A stretch of 64,000 nucleotides of DNA. It comes from the human T2T-CHM13v2.0 reference genome, Homo sapiens. The notes under the pieces are model-generated. The model had not been told where the DNA came from. It saw nothing but the letters and a program-made list of their open reading frames with translations, and made no database searches. Shown in pieces: positions 29,057 to 42,820 of the stretch. Location of the stretch: NCBI RefSeq assembly GCF_009914755.1, contig NC_060938.1; one strand, 5' to 3'. Made by a program: the position numbers and the translations under genes. Numbering within the stretch: position 1 is the first letter of the stretch; each line of letters starts with the position of its first letter.

Positions 29057-30786
29057 CTATATAAAAAGATGAACTTTTCATTAACTTTAAAAATGAGTGA
29101 TTTTTGAAGGTGAACTATTCCTTAAACTAGCTTGCCATTCGCAGACAGACTGTTTTCTCTCCTTAGGAGTGACTCTAAAGATCTTTGTTCCAAATCTAAC
29201 GCAGTCACTTCAGTTATTTTTTGCCAACATTGGTTCTATTAAACATGCATGTATTTCTCAAAGTATTTTTTTTTTCCCTAAAAGTACATTCCTGCCCCAA
29301 GGACATAGTGATCTGCCCGGTTTCCTAAGTAACACTGCAGTTTTAACAACTCACCTGATCTTTCAGTTACCTGCAGTAAAAAAGAAAATAGAAATGTTGT
29401 GTTTATGCTTGGATAGAAAGAATCCTCTTTCCATTAATTGTTAATTTCAGCATTCACCTTCACACTTGTAATAAGAATTTAATGACTTTTTCTGAGATAA
29501 GAATTTTTTTTAAATTCTTATTTAAAAATAAAAATTTTTTGCTTTTAGTGCTCATTCTTCCAACTCTGCCCTGGCAAATACCACCACAGTGGGGAAACTA
29601 TGACACTCTTAGGGGAAGTACTGATCCCACACTTACACTATGAAAGAAGCGTATACCCCAGGTTTCGCTGGCCTGAGTGAAGATTGTCCCTGAGGCCCTG
29701 ATCAGATGAAACAGAACAGGCATAGCCTGTCTTTTCTCTAATTGCATATATACTGGGGAACAGTATTTTTATCTAAATTTATATTCATTTAATCATTCTA
29801 TTATTCTTTAGGTTGAATACTTAGATCTCTATTATTGACTAGGTTGGCTCTGGGAATTTGGTAGATTTTTCAACTCAGTAATTTTCGAAGTAGGTAGGTG
29901 CTTATCAGAATTACCCAGGGAAAAATTTCAAAATAAATATGTTACTGATTCTGCTCCCACTCCTCCCCAGCCTACTGAATTAGGATCTTGATAGGGACAT
30001 GTGTATTTAGTAAAAGCTCCTTATATAATTCGGATAACCATTTGCCACTCCAGTTGAGAATGAAGTTTTAACTTGGTGGAGACTTTAACTTATACTTAGC
30101 CTTTTATACAATGTGCCTAATTGAAAGATCACTTCCCTTAACGTATTACATGGTTTGCAACCCAAGAACAACCATATACTACACTTGAAAAAGAGTTCTG
30201 AAATATCTCGTTACTCTTTCAACCTTTCTACTTGTAGGGAGGGTCTCTGTGTTGGTGAGAAAGGGAAGTTCAGACTCTTTATCCTTGTTGTTACTGCATT
30301 TGTGCTTTTGTCCCTCTTTTAGTTTCCATTTTGAGAGTAAACAGTGATGCTTTCAAAGTAAAATAACACACATTAAATAAATAACACATTAAAAAGAAAA
30401 GGAGTCAAGTGGTTGTTAAGTACCCCTAAATGAAAATGGGGTTGGGGAAGTGGTCAACCTCCTTATTTTTCCTTCCCTTCTTTAATTTTTTATGTCTGCA
30501 ATTGATGATCTGGAATTTGGGGATGAACAAAAAACTGGAACTGTCTTGTCAATAGGAAGCCGAAACTGTAGCAGTTGCCTTACCCACATGGTAAGGTTCC
30601 CCAAAATAATACAGGCAGCCCTGCCAACCCCACATGTAATATTCTTCACTTCTGAGCAGGGCTGTGCTAATATTCTGAATGTGCCGTGCCACATGACAGC
30701 TTCCATTTCCTGCCTCTAAATCCTCTTGCTCTAAGCACCCAACTTCCTTCTTTTCCCCAGGCTTGTTCTCTTTTTCTTCCTCTTCT

Positions 30787-31316
30787 TTTTAAAATTTTAT
30801 TTTATTTTAAAAAACTGACACATAATGACTATACATATTTATGGGGTACACAGTGGCATTTCAATACATACAATAGTGATCAAATCAGGGTCATTAGCAT
30901 ATCCATCTGCTCAAACATTTATCATTTCTTTTTGCTAGAAGCATTCAATATCTTCCTTCTAGCTATTTGAAACTGTGTAATATACAATTGTTAACTATAG
31001 TCACCTTACAGTACTATAGAATGCTAGAATTTATTCCTCCTATCTAGCTATAAGTTTATATCTTTTAACAAATCCTTCTCTATCCCTTCCTTCCCCTACC
31101 CCAGCCTGAAGTATCCTCTGTTCTACTTTTTACTTCTATGAGATCAACTTTTTTAAGCTTCCACTTATGAGTGAGAACTCAATGTGTTTAACTTTCTGTT
31201 CCTGGCTTGTTTTCACTTAACCTAATGTCCTCTAGTTCCATCCATGTTGCTGTGAATGACAGGACTTACTCTTTTTTTTTTTTTTTTTTAAACGCCTGAA
31301 TAGTATTCCATTGTGT
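30787..31316 (-). mobile_element. L1MA 3' end fragment
   Basis: tatttatggggtaca...agttccatccatgttgctgtgaatgacagga L1 3' UTR motifs. Confidence 0.8.
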
Positions 31317-33634
31317 AGCAGGCTTGTTCTGGGTCCTCTTCCTTCTTTGTCCTCTAGGGTTCTTTCCAAGCAGATGGGGACTTCACATAGAAAAATAGAT
31401 TTTCCCAAGCTGTAAACTCTAGCAGTACTAATGTTCACTTAAAACCAAGGAAGAAGCAAAATGTCTTACTGTCCTGTTATAACAGTTTGATCATTTCTCT
31501 TCTTCCCTCCCCAAATCTTGTCTAGGAAGGGACATAGAGAAAAATGTCCTCATATACTGACAGCGAAGATATGATGTTATTCTACCTCCTATGAAATAGC
31601 TCTCCAACCTTGAAATGGGTCTTAAGAGAAATGTTTTAAGAGGGAAGGATCATTTAAACTGAGTTTTAAAAACGAACATACCTTCTCTTCATTGATACCC
31701 TAGTTTCTTTGTTATTCATATTCTGTAACCTGAAAAGCTGTGCAGCTGCAGATAGGACTTGGCTATAAGATCCATCAAGGCAGAGATTGTCTCTTGTTTA
31801 TCACTATATCCCTAGTGTTTAGTACAGTGCTTGGCAAGAGTAGGTGCTCAGTAAAAATTTAGTGAACAATGAAAGAAGCAACAAAACTGCTTAGTAGAAA
31901 GGAAATAGTCCACAAAAGTATATACTTTTACAATAAAATAATTCACTTAACAAGTTTCTTTACTTGATTTCCTTAGAAAGTCTTCAGTTCTTTCCTGTTA
32001 TAACCAGAGGAATTTACAAAATCTGAAGGATTTAAGATATTCAAGGCAACAGTTAGAGGTAGGAATGGGGTGGTAGAAGTAGACCATTTACCACAGAGAG
32101 AAGTAATATGCTGGAGGCATAGCAGTCAAGGGTCACTTAATGTAGAGACAATTGACCTGAAGGCTTAACAATATCGCCTAGAGGAGCAGGGTGGTGGTGG
32201 AAGGACCACCTGAGCCATTGAACCCACAATAGCACCCTAAGATGTTGTGGTATAATAACCTGTGTGCGTAATAATAGGTAAGTAATACTTATTCTCAGTT
32301 TGCTAAAGTAAATAAGCATTTCCATTAAAAGTTGTTAAAAACTTTAACATTTTAGTGTATAAATGGTTTTTTTTTTTAAATTCCAAAATGACACTGTCAT
32401 TCCTCGAAAGTGTGAGATAAGTAGTACTGACTAGATCCATAAAAGAGTTGATAATATGGGCCTTTTCCCATGTTACTGACATATATCAAACACGCAAAAT
32501 GGTGAAAATGATGGATGGGGGCAAATAAAAGGCAGTATTTGTGTAGTTCAGCTCAAGTTGATACTCCAAGAATTAGTATCTTAATATACTTCTTGAGTAC
32601 TTATGCTTCTCATTTTGCATCTGTCTCATGAAACTCAGCATATTGTAAACTGTGATCTTGAAGAAGCAATGTTTTAAATTAACTTTTTATTGAAGGATAA
32701 ACATACAGGGAAGAGTACAAAGAAATATACACTTGATAAACAGTCACAAAGTTACAGTCAAGTAACAAGCATCCAGATGAAGAAAAAGAGAGTTATCAGA
32801 AAGAACCCCAGAAGCTCCCTGTGCCTCTTTCTCTGCCTGTCTTCCCCCTCACCACTGCTGTAGAGTGCCACCATCCTGATGTCTAACAGTAACATGGTTT
32901 AGCTTGAATCAGTGGTGTTAACATTTTTTCTGAAAAGCTTTGGAGGTTCCTTTAATGAGCTTCAGATAAAGAGGAAAGAAGCATGACTATACACTGTTAG
33001 CCTTTGTTTGACTTTGTTTCTCCTTCTGAGTCATGCCTGAGGATAAGGATGATTGAATAAGATCAGAGTGCTTGGATAGTCTCAGTTTGGGTATGTACTC
33101 AAGTCTTATGTTTGTGGAAAAGATGGATGCTCTATGTGTTCTACATTTCTCTGTTTTGAGGAGAAACACAATTTTGTAGTGTCACTTTATTTTCTGCTTG
33201 TGTCTGGACTTCAAAGGGAATTACCACCACTCCGTTCAGACTGAAGTCCTGTCTCCCTTTGATGTTGTCACCTGTGTTAATTTATTATTAAATCAGCATG
33301 CTGCTTAGACTTGTTCCCAGGATTTATGCAAGGTATGAAAAAGGAAGCGTTTTCCCTACTTTACACATTGATAATTAGCTATTTAGAATTAACTATTTGA
33401 GCTTTCAGAATTAATTATTCATGAGGTATTTGACTTAATTTTCTGTACAGGACAGAGTGATCAATAAAAGGTGCTTTGGATGGAATTTTCCAAACCACTG
33501 GCTTTGTATTATAAATCTCAGCCTGTAGCATTCTTTGCATTCCTAAAGAATTTCTTAGGATTTTAGTCAAATTCTTATATTTTCCTATTTATAAATTGAA
33601 TTGACTCTTAAGCTTTTGCTATTTAGAGACATGA

Positions 33635-33636
<2 letters not shown>

Positions 33637-33665
<29 letters not shown>

Positions 33666-33698
33666 CACGCTCGTGCTTGCGTGCACGCATGCATGCAC
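33637..33698. repeat. (GT)n microsatellite with mixed alternating purine-pyrimidine extension
   Basis: Read directly. Confidence 0.95.
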
Positions 33699-34993
33699 CC
33701 TTTTCAACTGTGCAAGTTATTTTGGGGACTTTCTGAGTCAAAAAATTTGTCCATTCAACAGCTGCCTTGTTGCCTTGCTAACCAGGTTTTCTTAGGTTTG
33801 TCTGAGGTTCCAGTTTTAAGACTACTAAGGGTCTTAATCCTCAGCTGGGACTACTGATTAGGAGTTTATCTGGTATAATTTTATATGTTATTTACTTTGG
33901 CTAGTTTTTTAAAATTGTGGTAAAATGTACATAATATAAAATTTACTATTTTAATCACTTTTAAGTGTTCAAGTGGCCATTTGATTTTTAGAACTTTTAT
34001 TCATTCATAGCAGTTTTAATCAACAGCTAATGAGGATCGCCTGTGTGCCTTGAGCCAAGGTTGGTAGATCATTGGAAAATTATCAAAGAAGTGTAAATAA
34101 AGTTTCTGTTCTCAAGATCCCTGTTCTTAATCTCAAAGAGATTAAGCCTTCTTGTTTCATTAGAGAAGCAAGATATATGCACACCAGTTAAACATTGCTT
34201 CATGGTAGATGAGGCCCCAAATGTTCAAGGAACACTTTGTGTAAAGGTGAGACTCATTTTGGTCTTTAATCAGAGGCAGGATCTGTCTAGTTTGAGAGGG
34301 ACAAAATCTTCACATACGTAAAGATTTTTATTTTACTTCTTAATTTGCATACAGTACAATACATTCTTGGGGAACAGTGGTGAACTAAAATAGCATACCA
34401 CGTAGTTCAGTGTTAATCCCATTGTCTTTCACAGAATCGTTTGCTTTTAAAATAAGCTGAGTATTCAGATGAAGGAACATATTGTCACATAATTAATATT
34501 TTTATTTTTTTACCTGTAAAATAAAAAGCATAATTAATATTTTTAAAAGTCACAGAAACTAAACTTACTTAACTTGTGATGTAGACAGTATTAAAAATTC
34601 AGATTTACATGACAGGAGGTTGAACTTCCTATTAAAATTCTATGCAAATATCTGTGTTCATGCAGCATTAAACTTTTCAATGTATTACCTCTTGGGAGTA
34701 AGTATTTCATTAGTGAGTTTAGAGCAATTGTGGTTATAGTTTTTATGAAAAATAATTGTATAAAAATAAGCATGTAATGCAACACATATTTATTGAAATT
34801 AATCTTGAATGTCTGCTACACTGAAATCAGGTAAAAAGTTTAGAATGGGTGTGTATTGTGGATAAAGAGTGAGTTATTATTAATTCTGAATAATGTTGTC
34901 CCAATGCTTAATGGCAAAAGATGGTGCCCATTTTGTTTATGTCTGTAATAGGTTAAGGATTTAATCTGGGCTACATGTAATGTCTTACAATAA

Positions 34994-35182
<189 letters not shown>

Positions 35183-38100
35183 TAAATTATGTGTTTTGTA
35201 TACCTTTTCATGTAATGTTTGTGATAGTGTAGGTCATTTTATTCCCACTTTACATGGGAAAATTGAGACTACAAGAAATAATTAGCCTAGTTCTTGCTGA
35301 CTCTGAAGTCTGTGCTTTTTCACTGTTACATGGCTATCTAGAGTTTGAAACCCTATATTCCACTATCAGCAATCTCCAGTCATCTGAGCTTTTGTTTTAG
35401 CAGACAGGAAATTAGGTCCATGTTAATGAAAGTCCAGGTGAAGTGGCAGTTCAGTCAGGCAGTCACACAGGGTTATTTACTTTCTTATTTTGCATACAGT
35501 ACAGTACATTCTTACTGCTTTTATAAGTAGAATGCTAATATTTTACTGGTCATGACATTCCTAATTAAAAACAATTTTTTAGGCTAAAACTTTTCAGTTT
35601 TTTTTTTTTTTTTTTTTAACAAAACTAACACTAATTGGTAGAAGCCAAAATAGTGCTTCTCTTTGGTGGGGGGCAGTGACCAAGAGAGGGCACAAAGAAA
35701 CCCTCTGGGCTGTTGGCAGTGCTCCATATGATGAACTTGGTGGGGGTGTGTGGCTGCTTACATAGGTAGAATCTGGAGCTGTGCACTTAGGGTTGATGTC
35801 CTTCACTGTGTGTATGTTATCCTTCAATGAAAAAAAGGGGAGAGTTATGTATTTATTAATATTTCAGTGAGAAAACTGGATATTGAATATACCATTGAAT
35901 ATTTTATTTTCTTTAGAAAATACTACCTATTATATAAATCAGAACAGTTGATAGCTGAATAGAGAGTAAACCTCACACAGATGGGGAGGGAGCCCTATCC
36001 TCTACCTTAACTTAGTAAGTTTTGGTGAACTGTGAAATTGTCCTCTTTGTGCTTCTGTTTGGAAAGTCTGCTTTATGGTGGTTCATACTGGACAATCTTC
36101 ATTACAGGTCTGATGATTATAGTACTTTTTTTTCAGTGCTTTCCACATGGCCAGGCCCTGAGCTGAATACTTTGTAAACATTATTTCACCTAATCTTTGC
36201 AACAGCCTTATAAGGTAGATGCTGTTTTTATTCCCAATTTACACATGAGAAAACCAAGGCTTAAATCACTTCCCTGAGGCCACATGGTTGATAAATTGCA
36301 GAGCCAAGATCAGACCGGTTTCCTTGTGACTCTAGAGCTGTCCTGCAGATGTTCTTCTTTTTATATATAACAAGATCAAGTCTAGACTATGACTGTGCAT
36401 CAAAACTCAGATCCTCATTCAGTCTATGGTATTGGAAGCATTAAAAGAAAACCACCCCTCTTTCATCTTTTTGTTCTTTTTTTCTCCTTAATATCTAGCT
36501 TTTATTTTTAGCTTTTAATTGTTTATAAGAGAGGAACCACTGGAAAGAGTTTAAAATCCTTGTTCCATTTTCAGGTTGGGAAGTGTACGTGTGTGGGGGT
36601 GGGTATTAAACAAGACTTGAGCATTAAGCATTTCCCCTCCTGAGCCCAGCTCCTCTCCTCACTTGTTGACTAAGCCCTGCTTCACTGAGCATTTTCTTTT
36701 TTTCTGCCCACAACCTGAGTGCCCCATGGAGGTGAAGGACATAGCCTGAGTCTGTGCCATCAGTCAGTAGAACAAATGGGCTTGCTCTGCCTAACATCGG
36801 GCCATCTCGGATTCCACCTCTTTTATAGGAATGAGTGATGAAGAGAGGTGGGTTCCGCTTTGCCGCTGTATTAATACACATCAGGGGCCAGCTCCTAGCA
36901 CTAAATCACGCTACGGCATACATCTGTTATCGGACTCTTCACCAGTGTGATGAACAAGACTGCAGATAGAGGCTTCCTTGTGTCATTCTTTATAGGATTT
37001 TCCTAAAAGAATAAATAGCTCAGATCTCTGCCAACACTCTCCCCTGTCACTGTGATGAATTCAGCTTCTTTCTTAAACATGCAGCCACAAATCTTTTCCC
37101 TTTTTCCCCTCCCCCAGTGGTAGAAAGTTTTGAGTTGCAATTGACTGAATTTAAAGATATTAATAAGGCTAGAGAGGTGAAGAGCAGGAAGAAACAGCAT
37201 GTCTTCCTTGCCTTTTTGTACTAATAGTAACAAAAGGCCAAGGAAAAAGACTGTAAATGACCATAGGGTTGTTAAATAGACCCATCTTGAAAGTGTAGCA
37301 CCTTTATTTTCTTTGTATCTTCATTCTCCCTCCTTTACGGCTTTCTAGCATGCAGGTGTCTAGTGCACAGAACCACACCCTGGATCTTAGTGAGCAAGCA
37401 TGCTAACCTGCTTCTCAGACTTGATACACCAGAACAGGGATTTCCCTGCAAGTGTCTCCCTCATGCTGAAGTGAACTAGCTGAATATGCTCTTAAAGAAA
37501 GTAGTCAGAAAAGAAAAAAAAGATTATCTTCTCCAAAATTTGAGACCAAGTAGCTGTAAAAAACATAATAAACCCAGATGAAAACCAGGCTTCGTTTTCT
37601 TGAAATGATTTTCTTCATCAGAATGGTAGATCAGAGCCATTGGTGTGCAGATTCCAATCCTTTAAAAAGTAAACACATGCCTTTTGATAAAGCGGAATTG
37701 AGGTGATCAGAAATTCTGTTGAGAACCCAGCTATTTGTGTGAGTATATTTTAGCTATCCCAAAAACTTTTTCTGACCTTTCTCTTTCTGGGATAGGATAT
37801 GTGTGCTTAGAGTATCATTCAGAAGGGTACCTAATAGTTAATCTGTTAATTAGTTACATCAGGTTTCAAATACTAGGTCAGTGATATGAGAGCGAGAGAG
37901 AGAGATTTGAATTGTCAAATGTATTGTCAGATGCATTCACAAGAGCAGGACTGCTTTATCTGTTTTGTTCACTACTGTACCCCTAGCATCTAAATGAATA
38001 CCTAGCCCATAGAATAAACCCACTGGTTATTTGTTGTAAGAATAAATTAATAGAATCTTAAAGTTGAAACAGAGTGATTCCTAATATATTGTAACCACAT

Positions 38101-38776
38101 GGTTGGATTCAGTAGTTCCATTTTAGGATGTCCCTTTTCTCAGGAGTCATAGGGCAAATTCTTATTGCCCACTGTGTCTTTTTAAAGTTTAAATGTTTTT
38201 TAAAATTAAACATGTTTCTTAGTAAATATTGAAGGGGTATAAAAGAACATTTATAGCAGATATGTAAGGAGTAAATAAAATACAGCAAATATCCATGTAC
38301 CTACCATTCACTTTAAGAAAAAGTTAAAATTTTCTTTTATAAAAGGTTTAAAAGTTTTAAAAAGTTAAAATCTTTAAAAATCTTCTCCCTGCTCTCCTCA
38401 GAGGTAAAAGTTATTCTGATTGTTTTTTATCGTTTGTCATTCTTTTGTTTTTTTCAAGTAGTTTTAGCAGACATATGTATCTTCAAGCAATACATTGTCC
38501 AGTTTTGTGTTTTTGAACCTTGTGTATATGAAATCAAAGTATGTCATATTTTATGTTGCAGCTTTCACCGGGTTCTGTTTTTGAGATTCAATTATGCTTT
38601 GTCCTGCCAAAATCTATGTTTCAACTGCCATGTATGTGGTATTCTATTGTATGAATATGATTAATATGTTATAATTAAATGTTCTTGATGAACATTTGGA
38701 TTGTATTCCTGTTTTATGCTATTATGGAAAATACTGCACTGTTCTCTGAGAGAACAAGTGCAAACATTCTTTTAGG

Positions 38777-39522
38777 CCACTTCCTGCTCATTAGGATGGC
38801 TATATCAAAAAACAGAGAACATCAGGTGTTGGTGCAGATGTGGAGAAATTGGAACCCTTGTGTAGTGCTTGTGGGAAGGTAAAATCATGCATTGCTGTGG
38901 AAAACAGCATGTAAAAAAACAGTTCCTCAAAAAGTTAAACACAAAACTACCATATGATCCAGCAGTTCTGTTTCTGTGCATATACCCAAAAGAATGAAAA
39001 GCAGAGACTCAAAATAGATTTTTGCATACCTTTGTTTACAGCAGCATTATTCACAGTCGTCAAGGTGGAAACAAATCACATGTCCATTGCCGGATGAATG
39101 GATGAACACAATTTGCCGTATATATACAATGGAATATTATGTAGCTTGAAAGCCTTTCTTATTCAGAATGAAACTCTGCCATGTGCTACAAATTGGATGA
39201 AGACATTTGCTAAGTCAAATAAGTTAGACACAAAAGGAGAAATATTGTGTGATTCCACTTTTATAAGCTACTAGAATAGTCAACTTCATACAAACAGAAA
39301 GGAACATAGTGGTTGCCAGGGGCTAGGGGAAGAGGGAAATGGGGGGAGTTATTGTTTAATGGGTACAGAGTTTCCATTTGAGATGATGAAAAAGTCCTGG
39401 TGATAAATAGTGGTGACAGTTATACAACAGTGTGAATGTACTTAATGCGACTGAACTGTACAGTTAAAAATGGATAAGATAGCAAATTTTATGTATATTT
39501 TACTATAATAAAAAATAGCAAA
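38777..39522 (+). mobile_element. L1MB-like 3' fragment
   Basis: attaggatggctat...gatgtggagaaattggaaccctt, accatatgatccagca, 3' UTR ending in an A-rich tail. Confidence 0.8.
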
Positions 39523-40743
39523 AAAGTTTTTCTAGGGTAGTGCTTTTTTCACTGCAGTTTGGTGACCATGTAGGTACAGTTTTTTGAAATTTATTACCAG
39601 TTAAATATGAGTGAGTATATGTGCCTGAGTTTGTTGTGAGTGTGTGTGTATGAGAGAGAAAAAGAGAGAGATTTGAGTTGTCAAATGTATTTCCTGCTGC
39701 TGTGGTGACGTTCCAAAATGTTTGAAAGCTGTTGCCCTCAAGAAACTCTTGTATATAGAGTAACAGCTTTCAAGATATTTTTACATTAGCCCACAATAAG
39801 AAATTCATGTTTGAATATGTGCGTTGGTTGTACATGTAAATCTGAAATAAATCTTGGGTACATGCCGATACTTTCTATTTTTTTCATTGAGTAAAAAAAG
39901 TAATGGCCATGACCCACTAAATTGATTTTGTGATCCACAATTTGAAAATTACTGTTTTAGGTTACGTTTCTGGGACTGGAATTATTGGGTGACGGTAAAA
40001 TCCAAACTTCCCTAGATTTTGCCATATTTTAGTATATATTTGTTCTCAGCAGAGTGGGTAGAGATGATGGTGGTTTGTGCCACTCCACTCAGGGGCATTT
40101 GGAAATGTGAAGTAAATGTTTGTTTGTCACAATGACTGGGGAGTGTTCCTGGCATTCAGCAGATAGGATCCAGATCGGTAAGTGTTCTGAAGTATACAAG
40201 ACAGCCCTGCACAAGCCATGTCTCCTGTCCAGAATGTCTTTAGTGATCTTATTGAAAAATATTGGGCCTGATTGTGCTCTTTTTCTACCATTTTCCTTGT
40301 TGTATGGTATATATTTATTGGTAACACTGCCCTATCGGAGGCATGGGTTGTGGCAGGAAGAGCGTGGGGTTTAGAGTCCAGTATGTGTGCTTGAATCTTG
40401 ATATTTAACCAGCTCTGTTTTATCCCTGAACAATTTATCTGATCTCTGTATACCTTAGCTCCCTGATCTAGAAAGTGGAGATCACTATGAGTCATCTCTA
40501 TGAGCATCTATGAGTAAGGGTTTGCATTAACAAGATCATGAGTATTCATTGTTTAAGCAATACACACATAAGTACGTAATAAGTGATTTTTACTACATTA
40601 TGAATGCGTGCTACTGAATTTATTTGTTCAGTTGAACCCATTTTCTCAGATTAGGAAATACTATCTTATTTAAATCTTGTCTTTACTTTTTTGTAGAGAA
40701 GAAAGAGATACCTTACGTGGCCACTTGGGTTACTAGGACATGA

Positions 40744-41013
<270 letters not shown>

Positions 41014-41697
41014 AGAGCAGGACTTCACCCTCCAGGAGCTGACTGGGTGTTGCTGAAGCAAATGTTGGACTTTGTGTTAGATAGTCTTGCATATCTTAAT
41101 CGACATTCCCAGTCCTTTCACCACCAGAACCAACTCCTCTTTCAAACACAGCAGTGGATTCTTTCTCTCAGAAGGTCATGTTGTGGGAATCTTTTTTTTA
41201 AATAGTGAAATATTGAGGCAGCAATTTTTTACAAAAAGGTCATCCTCTGCTCTATTTGTTACCTTGTTATTGCTGTCTCAACATTTACTACAGCTCCATT
41301 TACAGAACTGTTGCTTTTTTGCAGTTGTCTTTGTTCTTGAAAAACCAGTAACTGCTTCTGCATACCTTTTGTGTAGAGCTTTTAATATCATTTGAGGAAG
41401 TTCCAAATTTGTAGCCAGTTCCAAACAAATTTAAATATTGAGTTGAGACCTGTATGGAATTGTGTTCGCAGGAGATAAGGCTTGCCTTTGAGCCTACTCT
41501 TGATTCATGCAGAGTGCCAATAAGATAAATCAACCAAGTTTTGGGGCCTCAAAAGAGACACCAGCAACTGGGCCTTGAGAACTTCCATTTTTTTGCAGAT
41601 TGTCTGCAGAAACTCAGACAGCTCATCAGCAGCAGCAGCTGTATTGTATTTTACCTCATCTTCAGAGTTTATGTTCTACTGAAAGAGGACGTGTGTA

Positions 41698-41724
41698 TAC
41701 ACACACACACACACACACACACAC
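41698..41724. repeat. (CA)n microsatellite in the 3' UTR
   Basis: Read directly. Confidence 0.97.
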
Positions 41725-42516
41725 AGAGATTGGTATAATGGAGAAGATGGTTTAGGTGTACAGCAAATTTAAAATAGTCAGTGGATTGTGTCTTACTACT
41801 TCATGTCCCAGTGTAAGCCTTTATGTCCTAAGCAGGACTTTATTGTTAGTATTATAGGCTAATAACCTGCAGCAGAAATTCATACTCTATTATAATAATG
41901 GCTTCTTGGGGCCATGCTTTGGGGAAGTAAAATGTCTTTTTGACATGCCTTTATACTTGGCGTGTTTATGATGGCTCAGCTGCATGTGGAGTTATATATA
42001 CAGTCGTGCCTGAAGTTGGATGCTACTTTGTCAAAATGAGAAATAAGTGATGGCCTGGAGCTGCTGGAGAGAAGCCACGCTTTCTAGAAAATATTATCAG
42101 GAGTGTCTGTCATTCATTCAGGGGCCTAGATGACAGAAGGGCTCTTTTTTTTATACCAATGAGTGCGTTTACTCTGAAATACATAGAAGCTCTTGGTGAA
42201 GTGCTCCCTGCTCTGGTCACATTGTAGAGGGACTCCCACTCATGCATCTGCTTATTTTCTGTCTTAAATAGGTGCTGAATGGGGCAGCACCTCCTTCCCC
42301 CAAAGTGCGATTGCCCCTGTTTCCCATACGAAGTGTAATGACGGGTTGCTTTTAAAATTATAGTCCTTATCAATGGAAACTCCAGATTTCTTTATCAAAG
42401 GGAGGTGGGTGGGCATGAATCTAGTTGGAAAAGGGGACTTGAAGCTAAGTTTACATGGCACTTTAAGACTGAGAACATGTCAATTGTTCATAATCAGGAA
42501 TATGGTAGAGGGAGAG

Positions 42517-42820
42517 CAGGTGTAGATGATGGGACGGGAAAGTGCTGAAACCAGCCCAGCAGACCTGTGAGTCGCCTCTGGTTCTCACGCAGCAGTGTGT
42601 GTGTGCTCACAGGGATGTTCCACCCCTGGTTCTCATGCAGTAGTGTGGGAGAGTGCTGAAGCCGGCCCAGCATGCCTCTTAGTTGCCTCTGGTTCTCATG
42701 CAGCAGTGTGTGTGCTTACAGGAGTGGAGATGATGGGATGGGAGAGTGCTGAAGCTGGCCCAGCATGCCTCTGAGTCACCCCTGGCTCTCATGCAGCAGT
42801 GTGTGTGCTTACAGGGACTT
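42517..42820. repeat. Imperfect tandem repeat, three units of about 93-109 bp
   Basis: Recurrent gagagtgctgaagc.ggcccagcatgcctct.agt..c.ctggttctcatgcagcagtgtgtgtgcttacagg. Confidence 0.9.

Noticed and set aside
36575-36609. GW...GGG in the candidate alternative exon as a G-patch remnant
   Set aside because: Spacing and the upstream helix do not fit the G-patch consensus, and the peptide is too short.
36835-37148. Three GTGATGA box C-like motifs (36835, 36947, 37052) and a CTGA at 37145
   Set aside because: No terminal stem or recognisable rRNA/snRNA guide, so a snoRNA call is unsupported.
42517-42820. Repeat array as CRISPR-like
   Set aside because: Eukaryotic context, long imperfect units and no unique spacers.
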